From Rhina ancylostomus (lineage: Eukaryota), in NCBI GenBank assembly GCA_030265395.1, contig JARFYF010000022.1, positions 19,180,037 to 19,244,036 on the forward strand: a DNA stretch of 64,000 nt, in the 5' to 3' direction. Within the stretch, counting starts at the first letter, position 1, and every line of letters starts with the position of its first letter. The translations under genes were made by a program, and so were the position numbers. The notes under the pieces were generated by a model that saw only the letters and a program-made list of their open reading frames with translations, did no database searches and was not told where the DNA came from. Positions 49,879 through 62,399 of this stretch are shown one piece after another.

Positions 49879-50829
49879 AAATATAATAAGAAAGAAAGCC
49901 CTCAGTTAATGAGGAGAGAAAGAGGCAGCCATAGTTCTTGCTCCCAAATACAATACTGTCAAGTGACACCAGCTAAGTATGGGGTGTGGCTGTGGGGTAA
50001 GCAGAACAGCGGTTACACCATCTATTTCCTGCCCACTCTACCCCTACAACAATCTGGCAATAAGCTGCTGAGGCTTACTGTTTAGTATACATGTGGTCAG
50101 TCATTTAAATGGAAGGAAATCACATACAGTGCTCTAAATTCAGTTTCAGGTACAGTCTAAATTATTACCAGCACTTCTGCCATCATGCCTTAATAACTTT
50201 CTTTCCCCCCCCCCATTTACTTTCCAAGATATTGAGTGATTTAAACTAATGAAGCAATATTTTCTTTGCGACCACAGCCCCACAGGCAAACCAACACTGT
50301 CTAATGCATCAACACTACCTAATGCAACAAAAGCATGTTACAAAATACTGAGTACATTTGGTCACATGGTACAATTCTTAAAACAGGGATGTGGCCAATG
50401 TTACATAAGCCACACGTTGCAGATACCAGAAGAAACTCTCAGTGCCAGTACTGGGATCAATATACCGGCCAAAAAGATAGGGCGCGTGTTAAGTAAGGCA
50501 AGCAGTGAAAACTGGAAGAGAATAGCAAATTATAAAAAATACAACAGATTTGACATAAATTTAATATATCAATTAAAATGAATTCTGTGAAATTAAATGG
50601 GCATTTAGTAAATTGAAAAAAATCACATTGGAAAATAATAATATTCACAGTCATCATGCGGCTAAGGATCTTTTTTTATATATACTCATGCATACATATT
50701 TCATTTTAGCATGAGCAATCTTGCAGCAACTTTCCATTGTCATAAAAATTACAACATATTGCCCTCCATGAAGAATGTTCTTTTCTTCCATGGCGGCTTT
50801 CACTTGTATAGCAAAACAACATACTTCAG

Positions 50830-51540
50830 AGAAACACAATCAAAATAAAAACTGATGCCAAACCACACAAGATTAGAGTAAGCGACCAAATGAGAGTTCA
50901 AGGAGGAGAATTTTAATCAGCCTTTTAAAAGGATAGGTAGAGCAATGGAGAGAGTACAGGGGTTTTGCAAGGAAATTCTAGAGCCCAGGGCCTTGGCAAC
51001 TGAAGGCACTGTCATTAATGGTGAAGCTGTGGCGACTTAGCTTTCATGATCCGGCTCTCAGGATCACGAGCGTCGTTGGAGGTCCCGACACAAGATGGCG
51101 CGGGGCACTCCTCCTTTGTTGGGCTAGTGGAGCCCACGCGCAGGAAGGTCGCGTGATGTCAGCGCGGGAACTGTGTTNNNNNNNNNNNNNNNNNNNNNNN
51201 NNNNNNNNNNNNNNNNNNNNNNNNNNNNNNNNNNNNNNNNNNNNNNNNNNNNNNNNNNNNNNNNNNNNNNNNNNNNNTTGGGTTAGTGGAGCCCGCGCAC
51301 GGGAAGGTCACGTGACCTGCACATGACGTCAGCGCGGGAACTGTGTTTATTAAAAGGGGCAGCGCACCCCAGTCGTTCATTCGTCTCTTGGACTCCAAAC
51401 GAGTGTCTCGTGTCTTTATTCAGTGTAGCTAGCCGCTACAAAGCGATTTAATCTGGGGATAATCAAGGGGCCAGAATTGGAGAAGTTAGGAATCTCAGTG
51501 TTGCTAGCCTAGAGAGAGGTTCTAGAAATTAAATCTCTCC
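50830..51540 (-). mobile_element. L2 3' fragment hosting an LTR insertion; continues at ~52450-52890
   Basis: AAGGAAATTCTAGAG...CAACTGAAGGCAC, homologous to 32440-32490; sequence resumes after the LTR. Confidence 0.65.
51028..51440 (+). mobile_element. Young Gypsy-type LTR (solo, or two LTRs around a collapsed interior)
   Basis: TGTGGCG...CGCTACA termini with imperfect inverted repeat; 4-bp TSD AAGC (51024-51027, 51441-51444); CpG-rich; TATA-like TTTATTAAAAG. Confidence 0.9.
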
Positions 51541-52449
51541 CACTTTTGGAGCATTGCGTGGTCACAACATTTTTCGGCAAATGATAAATCAGGGAACGCC
51601 AAAGAAAATATCTTGAAAATGGCAACCCACTTTCTCCAAAACTGTCATTGAGCTTTATTCCCTTTTGGGAGCATTAAAATATGGCATGCACTTACAATGA
51701 GCAGCTCAGTAAGGTGAAGCCTCCACACAGCCACAGAAGCTGGATGCAGGGTTAGAGTGGAGGTGGGACAAGCGGGAGACAGTGGGGAGATTTAGCTGTG
51801 CAATGGCAATGGGTCTCCTGTGATATGGAGTGGTCCAATGCCCTGATTGCCATGCAGGAATCTATTGAGCCATTCTGTAATGATCATCAGGACCGCAACA
51901 TTGTCTGTCCACAGTTGAAGGAATGGAATTGGAAATAATGGCGCACGGATCTGCTGATGGAAACGCCCAACCATTACCCCCTCCCTGCCAAACACAAGGA
52001 ACAGACTCTAGTGAGGGGTGGACCCAACCCACTCCCAACTGCAGCAACCCTGGGTCAACAGACCAAGCCATCTGAACTGAAGATGTCAGTGCATAGATGG
52101 TTCAATGAGATTTTTTTTTATATATACACCAAAATCACATGAACACAGGGTAGGGCTGAAATTTATAGAATATAAAAATAATGTAAGATTCACTACTTTC
52201 AAAATTATGTACTCCTTGTTAAACCACACTTAATAATGAAGGTTATAAATTGTGAGATTCTGATCCAATTTCTGTCAGGAATTAATTAATGGCTGACATG
52301 CATGATAAAGACATACTGTGTGGGAAATATAATGGAGAAAATTATTTCTGCCTCAAGGCTGGTCCATTTGGCTGATAGGCAGGACTTCAACAGCAAATGC
52401 ACAGCTTGCTTTTTGTATATCTTATACATAAAAAAAGTCACAAATGAGT

Positions 52450-52890
52450 CCAATTTCTAGGCGAGGGAAGGCAAAACCCAATAGAGCGATTTGGAATTTT
52501 GGTACATTTTAAAAATCAAGGTATTGCTTAAGCAGGACCAAGTGCAGGTCAGCAAGCTCCAGGACAATGGGTAAATATGACTTGCTTCATTAGGACATGG
52601 GCAGAAGAATTTCAGATACCTAAAGTTCACAAGAACACAATAAGCAATACCTGCTACAATTGAATTAGTCAAAATCTAGAGGTAACAAAGGCATTGACGA
52701 GGCATTCAGCAGCAGATGAGCTGAGCCAAGATTTGACAATGTGGAAAAAGGTGTTCTTCGTAATGGCATGGTTACGATCCAATTCAATTTTAAAATGGTT
52801 GTCAGGGAAAGGGATAGATTTAGAGACTATTCAGTGGGTAATCTGAAGATGAAATCATTTGCTTCCACTTGCCTTGTGGAAACAGAGTTT
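52450..52890 (-). mobile_element. L2 ORF2 fragment
   Basis: TAGTCAAAATCTAGAGGTAACAAAGGCA...CAGCAGCAGATGAG, reverse complement of the L2 AFVTSRFD. region. Confidence 0.7.
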
Positions 52891-53734
52891 TCCCTCTGTA
52901 TACCACATACAACAATATCTATGTCCACCTCTATTAGTAATTTCCAAATCATAACCATTATTTACAACTCTGCTGATAACAATGCAAGACTGTTAAATAC
53001 ACTTAATTTTGGTGAAGCTGAAAGCCCGGGGTCACTGATGCTGTGTTTAGTAACCTTCACATGTATAAATAGTGAATGTATGCACCACTTCAGCCTACCA
53101 ACATCATCAGCTTCCTTAACCAATTCTCAGTTCTACAATATTCTATATTTTTCTTGTTGAAACTATCAGCAAGTTTCTTATATCTTGAGTTCTATTTTTT
53201 AACCACTAAGAACCATGGAATTGCATGCATCTTCCACTTGCAACAAGACATTATTAAAAACTAATAATCCAAGTCAATTACATTGTTTAATAAGAGCTTA
53301 AGCACACTTCACATTAACTCACAAAAAAAACTCAACCACCTAGACTGGTGACACAATTTAAGTAATAATTAACATTTTCAGCATACTTAAGTCTTTACAT
53401 AGATGGTCATATCAACTATAAAACCCAACAGTTTCCAAGTTTAAGTAACATCAATCGTCTTAGAATATCTAAGCAAGGATTATTTTTTTTAAAAATACAA
53501 ATCCTGGTTCACTTCCCTCCTCAATATTCCCAGATCATTGGGAGGGACTGCAGACCTCAGAACCAATCTTTAGATCTGCACTTCATCCTGTGCTCCAGGA
53601 CTTGTCCTTGCCTTGAGGATATTATTGGAGCCCAAGCCCCAGTGCGAGCACTCCCAAACCTTGGAGCATTTTGTCTCTTGGCCACCCAATACAGATAACA
53701 TTACTCAGTATAACGGTCTATTCCTACAGAAAAT

Positions 53735-54194
53735 AAGATATCTTTATTAGTCACATGTACATCGAAACACACAGTGAAATGCATCTTTTTGCATAGTGAT
53801 TTGAGAGGCAGCCCACAAGTGTCGCCACACTTCTGGCGCCAACATAGCATGCCCACAACTTCCTAACCTGTATGTCTTTTGGAATGAGAGGAAACTGGAG
53901 CACCCAGAGGAAACCCACACAGACACGGGGAGAACNNNNNNNNNNNNNNNNNNNNNNNNNNNNNNNNNNNNNNNNNNNNNNNNNNNNNNNNNNNNNNNNN
54001 NNNNNNNNNNNNNNNNNNNNNNNNNNNNNNNNNNNACCTGTATGTCTTTTGGAATGAGAGGAAACTGGAGCACCCAGAGGAAACCCACACAGACACGGGG
54101 AGAACGTACAAACTCCTTACGGACAGCGGCCAGATTTGAACCCTGGTTGCTGGCACTGTAAAGCATTACACTAACCACTACACTACCGTGCCTG
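53735..54194 (-). mobile_element. V-SINE with Rex1-type tail (internal segment duplicated across a gap)
   Basis: Same family as 47755 and 49607; full head ending CTACCGTGCC. Confidence 0.9.
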
Positions 54195-54220
54195 CTCAGA
54201 ACCAATGGTGTAGGACTTTA

Positions 54221-54353
54221 CATAGAACATTACAGCACAGTACAGGCCCTTTGGCCCACAATGTTGTGCTGACATTTTATCCTGCTCCCAAGATCTATCT
54301 AACCCTTCCCTCTCACATAGACACTGAATGATAGAGAAATGGGGGGCTATCTA
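54221..54353 (-). mobile_element. CR1 3' end with internal microinversion
   Basis: CATAGAACATTACAGCACAGTACAGGCCC...AGATCTATCTAACCCTTCCCTCTCACATAG. Confidence 0.9.
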
Positions 54354-55689
54354 CAGAACATAGAACAAGTTATTTTTAGAAACTTTAGGTTTATTCTTAA
54401 CATTAGTATTAAGAAATGTGCATGCTGTCATCTTTCCATGCCTGCATTTGTCTAGCAGCCAACAAGTCGAAAAGCTGTATGGTCATTCACCTCATGAGTT
54501 ATTTGTCAAAGTTTGTTAGCTGCCATTTTTGCCTACACAAAGGGTTGGCTAAAAGCAGAAAACAAAGTAACTTACTTTGTGGAGGTTTGAGAGAGGCTTT
54601 GTCATGATAAGAAAGCTCCCATGTAGTTACAAGTACTGTTATTTATTAAGTGTACACATTTGTTATGTTACCAGACCAGTAATCCAGTGGTTGGTAAACA
54701 GAAATTATGTATTAGTACAGTCTCTTACAGACTGCAAGACAAAGCAAAGCAAATACCAATTGTCCTTTTAATGGTTGTACAGTCTAAAATTTAATTATGC
54801 AGGACAAGATTTACAATTTAGTCAAGAATTTTTTACATTTTTATTCCATTGCATCAAATGAACTTTTATTTTTAAATTGTCATAATAAATGGGAACTTTG
54901 CTGGGCATTTCTGTTTTCAAAAAGAATAGAATCACATTCTATCCTTTTAAATTGTAAACATCATTGTACAAGTGGCCATACATTTCACTGGCACAAAGGC
55001 ATTTTCACTGCAAACCCACATGCCATAGCAATGTCACGTTTTCTGCACCATCATCCACATTCATACGCCTGCCTCTCCAAGCTCTAATCAAAGGCAGCCC
55101 AAAGCGGCAGGCTCTATTAAACAAACAATATCAACTCACTCCAAGCACAAAATAGGCTTTTCAAACATCAGTTAGAATGGCAAACATTGTCCAAGAATGG
55201 TTACTAATGAAGTCAGCTAGTAGAAACACTTCATTGGAACAGTCCTTTCAGAGTGGCCTCTGTGGATTCCATGTCAAAACAGCTTGGTCTGTGCTGCTCG
55301 GAGATTTGAAATGGTAGCTGTTGACTTTTTTACTTTTAGTGTAATGTGACAGAAGGAGACGGCAATTTTCTGCACCTTCCTCAAAGACTGGCCCTGATTA
55401 AGAGGGAGCTGCATGCAACTCCTTAGGAATTTTCTAAAAGACCACCCATAAATCAAAGCATTGTGTGGCAACAGCAAATCATGGTACTGCTGCTGCTATA
55501 AGGAGCTATTCATTTGAGAACTTTATCTTGATTCAGTTAAATGTGATTACATCCAACAGATAACTGCATGTTTCCCGTTCTGGATAATGGACTAATTTCC
55601 CACTTCCAGATGTGAAAGTAAAGACAGCTCTGCTGTGTCGGGACTCATAACTAAAATTTAAGAAATTGACGTTTACAACAAGTCTCTGA

Positions 55690-56020
55690 TTGACACAGTG
55701 GCTCTTAGAACAAAGACTTCCATATTTAATTCCTCTCTGTTCAAGCTCCAAAAACTTCTAAGACCTCCTTGTTCCTATATCTTTGTCCTTGTGCATTCCC
55801 ACTTCCTTTGCCTACAGCTGAAAACAGTGTCATCAGCCACCTCAGCCACACACTCTGGAATTCCCATTAAATCTCTCTGCATTTCTATTTTGCTGTCAGA
55901 CAAAGTTCTTTCAAATCTGTCTCTTTGATCCAGCTTTCTTTTGGGTATCCCATATCTCGTGTTCGATTGGATGTCAATTTTAACTCACTTTATTACATTA
56001 AAGTCGCTATTGTTGTGTTG
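55690..56020 (+). mobile_element. L2 3' end
   Basis: CTTGTGCATTCCC...CATCAGCC...CTCTGGAATTCCC...CTCTTTGA...TACATTAAAGTCGCTAT. Confidence 0.65.
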
Positions 56021-56534
56021 GATGCTGAAATTCCAAAATTTATAGGCATTAATAAAAATCCATTCTTCTGACTTTGCTCACGATGAGGCTTCAGACAAAT
56101 TCCATTTGAGTTTAGTTCAGTAATATTGTAATTTCAAAGACTGGAAAAGTTTAACTTGCACTAAAATTGGCTGTCAGGTTCACAATTCAATTGGTCCATG
56201 CGCAAGACAGAGGCGGGCCAAGCCTAGCCCTAAGCACTGAGACAAGTTCTTATTTGATGGAGGCAGCGAGGGCCGAGGTGCCAAAATGGCATCCCAGAGC
56301 AGCCAAGTGATTGGAACCAGCTCGGACACCAAGTCAGTCTCAGCTAGAATCTAAAGCAAGGTGAGGCAGCTGGAGAGAGTTAGTGCAAGACCAGGTAAGA
56401 GTAGGATCAGCACTACTTGCACCCAGGCGTATAACTCCAAACAGATTCTGTGCCCACTTTCCAGTGGCATCCCAATAGTTGTATGTCTTCAACTAATACC
56501 ACAGGGCAGACCTGATAATTTAAGAGCTTTCAGA

Positions 56535-57423
56535 AATGATGGATTCTGGCCATCTATCCGCCTCAGCTTGTCGTATGATTGCATTTGTTATATTAATGGC
56601 CAAGAGATCCATTCTATTTAAATGGAAGGATCATATACCTCCTACCACATTTCAAATGGGTTTTTGTTTTAAATTTAAATTTTTTAAAAAATTTTATTTA
56701 CAGTGTGGTAACAGGCCCTTCCGGCCCAACGAGTCCGCACCACCCATTTTAAGCCCATGTTAACCTAGCCGTACATCTTTAGAATGTGGGAGGAAACCAG
56801 AGCACCCAGAGGAAACCCACACAGACACGGGAGAACATATGAACTCCTTACAGACAGCGATGGGATTGAACCCCGATTGCTGGTGCTGTAATAGTGTCAC
56901 ACTAACCACTACGCTGCCGTGCCGCCCTATATGTTTTCTCAAACTATAACATGTTTAAACTTAGAAAAAATTAGGAGTGGGACCATTGATCCTTCACTTC
57001 AATTTGAGGAAATTTGGAGCGCATTTATTCAGTATTTCCATATGATGCAAGTAGACCTTTTTCGAATCCCTTTCAATAACTTTCTATTTGAATATAGAGG
57101 AGCAGAGCTAATGACATAATAATGGTTTTTCAACTGAAGAAATATGACAGCTCAGCTTTTGTTTTAGTTTTTGGTTTGCTTTTGTTTTTTTTTGTTTTGT
57201 TATTTTGTTATTTTTGGGGTTCTCTTTCCATATAATCAAATTTCTTTTCAAATTCTTTTGTATCATGTTCATTTAGTAAGAAATTGGGAGGTTCCGATTA
57301 TATATTTTACTCCCTGTGTTTGTATATGTTAACTTATTATTGTAATCCTGATCTCTTTGCATGTGTATAATTACTATTGTTATGTGTATTAATTTGAAAT
57401 TTAATGAAAAGATTGAAAAGAAA
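56535..57423 (+). mobile_element. 5'-truncated L1-clade LINE with 13-bp TSD
   Basis: ORF2 C-terminus AFVILMAKRSILFKWKDHIPPTTFQ / FSQTITCLNLEKIRSG..FEEIWSAFIQYFH; T-rich 3' UTR; A-rich tail; TSD AAGAGCTTTCAGA at 56522-56534 and 57424-57436 after a TT|AAGA site. Confidence 0.9.
56690..56927 (-). mobile_element. Young V-SINE with CR1-type tail nested in L1
   Basis: ACAGGCCCTTCCGGCCCAAC tail, V-core, tRNA-like head; splits the L1 ORF2 remnant. Confidence 0.9.
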
Positions 57424-57699
57424 AAGAGCTTTCAGAGAAAGTGGTTTTGTATCAGTGTCCTAATAATCCAAGTGAGCCTCTACTCACTATACAGACCTGC
57501 TCGAATACAGCAGCATACAAGACTTGCCCATTAATAGCAGCTTCTTCCCTGATTATCACCTCCTACCAAACAGATATTCAGGGTGAAAAAGAGAGCCAGG
57601 AGTTAAATTTCTCCCTCCTTCTCTAAAATGTGAACCGTGGCTCACTTCTGTTCCCGTGGCTGAAAGATCTAAAGTTTATGTCAATAATATGGTTGTAAA

Positions 57700-58150
57700 A
57701 TTAACTTGACTCAATTGGTGGCACTCCTAGTCTCGAGTCAGGAGACATTGGGTTTACATTCCAATCCAGAATTTGGGTACATAATCCAGGCCATTGGTCA
57801 TACTTCACAGGAACACTGCAGCTTTGGTGGTGCACATTGAAAATGTAGTTCTGCCAGACCGATCCAGTGAAAGCAAGAGTTTTCATGACAGCAACTACAG
57901 AAGGGCATGAATTTTCCCAACATACTATCCAACCTCTCTCTCTTAAACAACTCCACCAAAAGTAGATCTGACTATTAATTGATTTGGTTTACAGCATGTA
58001 GGAACCTTATTGTACACAATAATCATGTAGCCATGATTGAATACACTAGAATATTGACTAACTTCAAGATTATTTTTTTTGTACATGACATTCTTCCAAA
58101 TGTCCTGAGACCGAGAGAGGATGTGGCTACACAGAAGTGGCTTCCAAAAG
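57700..58150 (+). mobile_element. Degenerate DeuSINE
   Basis: A-box-like TGACTCAATTGGTGGCACTC, GAGTCAG head, tail AATGTCCTGAG...GCTA. Confidence 0.55.
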
Positions 58151-59356
58151 AAGGGAAAATAACATCAGGTTAACAAACATCGAGTTCTGCCATTGTGACA
58201 TCTTCAGTAGCCAACTCTAAGGCAGAATTTGATTTAGTTATTGTAGAAAGTTTAGTTACTTAGAAATAGTTACTGTATTTTCCCTCTTACCTGGGTAATG
58301 ACATGTAACTAAGAATTCCAAACAATAAACTGAAATTTAACCAAGTGAATAGGCAATTATCTATTAGTTCTGCATACTAGTTAAATTCATCCTCACTGAA
58401 ATTAATTTTAAGTACGGCGACTACACAATATTATAGATTTATTATTAAGATTTTATTAAACAGAAAAGACTAGCAAAGGCTTTGCTCTCAATGGGGTTTT
58501 GCACTTGTAAAAGGGAAACTATGTGCCATAAACAGTCAACCATTAGGCTCATATTTCTGACAATGCTGTTAAGGCAACTGACAAAGACAGGTTTAGAAAA
58601 TTTTGATTCTGCAGGAAAGATGAGCAATAACAAAATGAATTTAAGATATTATGGTAAAATCATGATCAATAAATTAGCCATCCTTAATGAGGCAAACATT
58701 CCACATGGCATTTTTAAGAAATAAATGATATGTTTATTACCATTTTGCATCCATTACCATTCATGGAATCCACCAAGATTGTGCAATTACTTAGAACCTC
58801 AAAATCAGGCTAACGCCCATTGTAATCTCCTTCATTTTGGGTGTCAGTGACTGGTGTCACAACAACAGCAATTTTATAATTAAAATTACATCACATTAAA
58901 ATGAGATCATATTTTCTAAAAGCACATACTGTTTTTCAAAACAAATTTTAAGATGCAAATTGATAAAATTCCTACATTATGGCATAACTTTAAGTGTTTC
59001 TCTCAAAAGTTTATAAAGGATAGATAATGTAAAGTTTCTGCCCATCCGCCTGCCCTCAAGTCCTGGAACGATGCCAGCTTGAGGATGCAACAGCTCTGTG
59101 TTCCCACACCCTTGCAGCCTGATCCCATTTACCTAAGAGAAATATATTACAATAGCAGATACATCAGGCTTGGTACCTCATCCCTCACTGTATCCAATGA
59201 GGGATGACCTGAAAAAGGACCACCAAACTGAGAATACTCAACATTTAATAGGTCATCATTAATTCATTTTCCTTTCCTAGATGAAGTTTAAAAATAGACA
59301 CCAATTTGCTAAGCCATTGAGGAGCACAAAGAATGGTGCAAACTAATTTCTTATTA

Positions 59357-59579
59357 CAGGTCCTCCCAATCTTACAAAAGCCCAACTTATGTACAACCCA
59401 CACATACGAGCGAGCACGTGGGACACTGGCAGGATAGATTTGCTTGCTGCTGCAAGGCCGCATATGCATCTTGTACGGTGTGCGAACTCGGTTCGTGGCT
59501 GCATTTCCAAATAGCAAACTTTTCAGGTTACAAACAGTTCTCAGGTATGAAATCCTGGCATTAACCTGAAGAGGACCTG
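59357..59579. mobile_element. Tc1/mariner (Tigger/pogo-type) MITE
   Basis: TA|CAGGTCCTC...GAGGACCTG|TA: 9-bp terminal inverted repeat with TA duplication; non-coding, CpG-containing interior. Confidence 0.85.
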
Positions 59580-59649
59580 TATTAGTAGTTGCTAGAGGAC
59601 ACTGTCAAGATGATTTATTACCAGCAATTCCCCTGGTGGTAACAAAATA

Positions 59650-59970
59650 CCTCATTTGCACTGTTGCACTAGAGGAGCCATCCTTCAGATGGGATGTTGC
59701 ACTGAGCGCCAATTGAATGCAAAAGATCCAATGGTATATTTCAGAGGAGCAAGAAAGTTATCCTTGGTCTCAGTCCAAGATTTATCTTTCAATCAAAGTC
59801 ATGTAATAAGACTCCAGTTACTATGGCACTGTTTGTGGGATCTTGCAGTATGCAACTGAATTGCTGCATTTCCTACATCAGTGAAAACACTTCAAAATAT
59901 TTAATTGGTCGTTAAGTACTTGGGGTGACCAGAGATAATGAAAAGGTTTTATATCATCACAAGTCCCTTG
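59650..59970 (+). mobile_element. DeuSINE
   Basis: GAGGAGCCATCCTTCAGATG...AAAAGATCCAATGG...CTGTTTGTGGGATCTTGC...CATTTCCTACAT. Confidence 0.7.
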
Positions 59971-62399
59971 GTTTCATGCCTGAAGGAATTGAAGGACCAA
60001 CAACGCATGGGCCTGAAGTTCTATGCAGCCCAAACCTGCTCATGGTGACAGTCTTCCTTCTTTGAAGGATATCGTTGAGTTTTAGCAACAATCTACCAAT
60101 TGGTCATTTTCTCATGTCAGCCTGTAAATTCTAGATGATATAATATTTAATTTGATAAGGTGGTGGATTTGAACTTTTGAAAAACTGGGTTATAACTCCA
60201 TTGCAATAACCACTGAATTAACATATTCATTTCAAGTGTTTTTGTGTCTATTGTTGTTAGTAATCATGTATCCATCAAATTATGCATGTCAAATACTGAG
60301 CAAATTGCTTTTTACTAACCACAGATAGACTAATTAGTTAATGCTAACTTCCTTATGCTACATTCTTCTCAGCAGACAACTCTCAGTTTGGCAAGAAAGC
60401 TTCCCTTACACTCTTGTTACTATCCTGGTGATGCATTTGGCCCTGCTTGTATTCATTTCTAGCCTCAACAACCATTTCACCCCCCCCCACCCCTCACCAA
60501 CAAAGTGTATTCCAGTCCTTCTCCACTTCTAGTCCTTTTACGTGTACTTCAGCTCCATGCCTTGCCTGCCCACCAAGATCCAACAACATGTTCCAAATGT
60601 AACTCCCTTGTACCACAAACTTCCTCGTACCAAGCCTCACTATCCTGCAACGTTTCCGCTACCTCACACTCATGGTACTTCTGAAGCATTCCAGCTCTAG
60701 TTCGGTAACCCATTGCAATTAATTTTCCATATCAATAATTGAGCCCATCACCATAATTTAGAAGCTATTTCTCCCTGTCATTTATGCAAATGCAGCGCCC
60801 ATTCCTGTATTTTGTTTTGCCCTTCTTTGTAACTTCTTTTTCTCACTTCAGCCTCTGCTCCTTAAGGGTTATGGCACAACATGCAAGTGGCAAGAAGAAC
60901 AGTAAAACAGATGGTCATCATGGCAACAGACTTACTAGTTCCAACATACTCTGTTAGGCACACTTGCTCTTCTGTTCTTCAAGATTTGTTACATTTTTGA
61001 TCTCCCAACCAAAAAGACACCATGATCGCAAATACTCTGCGCCCACTTCTTATCCTCTTGCAACCCACTCCATTCCTTCTATACTGCAAACAAGGGATTT
61101 CAGGCCAAAATATTCTATCCTCACTCTGACAGTTGTGCATCTTTTGTGTGGACAATGGAAGTCCAACAACCTGATTCAGTTAAAACTTTTACTCAGGAGC
61201 TTAAATATAGTAAAGGGGGCAATTCTACAATACCTTCATTGACTCAAAAAGAAAAATGTGCATAAAAAATTAAGCACCCAAGCAGAGAGTAAAGATAATA
61301 GTGAGGTTAATGACACTTGGAATTATGTTTACATAAAGATTAAAACAATGTAGTGTGAAAAGCAGATAACTAGATAAATGCAAATATTCACAAATTGATG
61401 ATAGACTTGCAATCCTTCCTCATTTGCTTCCCAACAACATTATTTCGCCGTTGGGTTCACCATTGCAATGAATGCAGTGCTGTTGCTTCAGTTGTCTGGT
61501 AAATTTGAGTCAATTCAGTACAGTTCCTTTCTAATTAATCAAGTGCATATCAGATGGCACTAAACTTGGTAATTTATGCTGAGCGCCCTCTTTGGCATTC
61601 TGGTTTTAAATTTTCAAACAACCTGTTTTTAACGTTTAAACTTTTCCTTTCAGTCCCTCCCCCCTCCCATCCCTTAACCCAGGTTCTCCATCAGTAACTG
61701 ACCTTGAAGCAGAATCATTTGCAATTGTCTTCATCTAAANNNNNNNNNNNNNNNNNNNNNNNNNNNNNNNNNNNNNNNNNNNNACTAACACAGAAGCTAG
61801 GCCTCAATCAATTCAATTCGCCACATGCAATACCAAGGGATGGCAATGTACATTGGATAGAGAAAAGCACAAGGCCCTGACAAACGAGTTTGTTTTCACT
61901 TTTATTTTTTTATATTGTCAGGCCATTAAAGGATCAGTTGATGCATAGATTGAAAAAACTGTTTTCCAAAATGTAACAAGTGTGTACTTATAATAGAACT
62001 TGCTGATACATGCCTGCATTGTTCACATAAAGATATTTAAGATACCATCAGCATGCTATTTAGAAAGATACTTAGATACCCAAGCATTTCCTGAAACAAA
62101 ATATGGCACATTAACTTCAAAAATATGTTTACAATGTCACACAAGGACCGTTTCAATCTAGAATTCAGTGAACTTTTACTTGCAATAATTACAATATATA
62201 TACACAATGCATACCTGTTCCAAGCCCAAGTTTCTCCCATACAAAAATAAGAATTTAAGTCATATTAATCTTCATTCCAGTCATTTTATGACTGACTTAT
62301 TTCATGTGATGCATGCTATAGACTTATCCATCAAGTATTCTTCCTCTTCAGACTTCTTGCAATTCACAATTATAGCAATTGTTATGTATCTACATTGTT

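Noticed and set aside
53866-54105. Exact ~70-bp direct repeat flanking a 100-N gap
   Set aside because: Identical SINE sequence on both sides of a placeholder gap, typical of an unmerged contig overlap.
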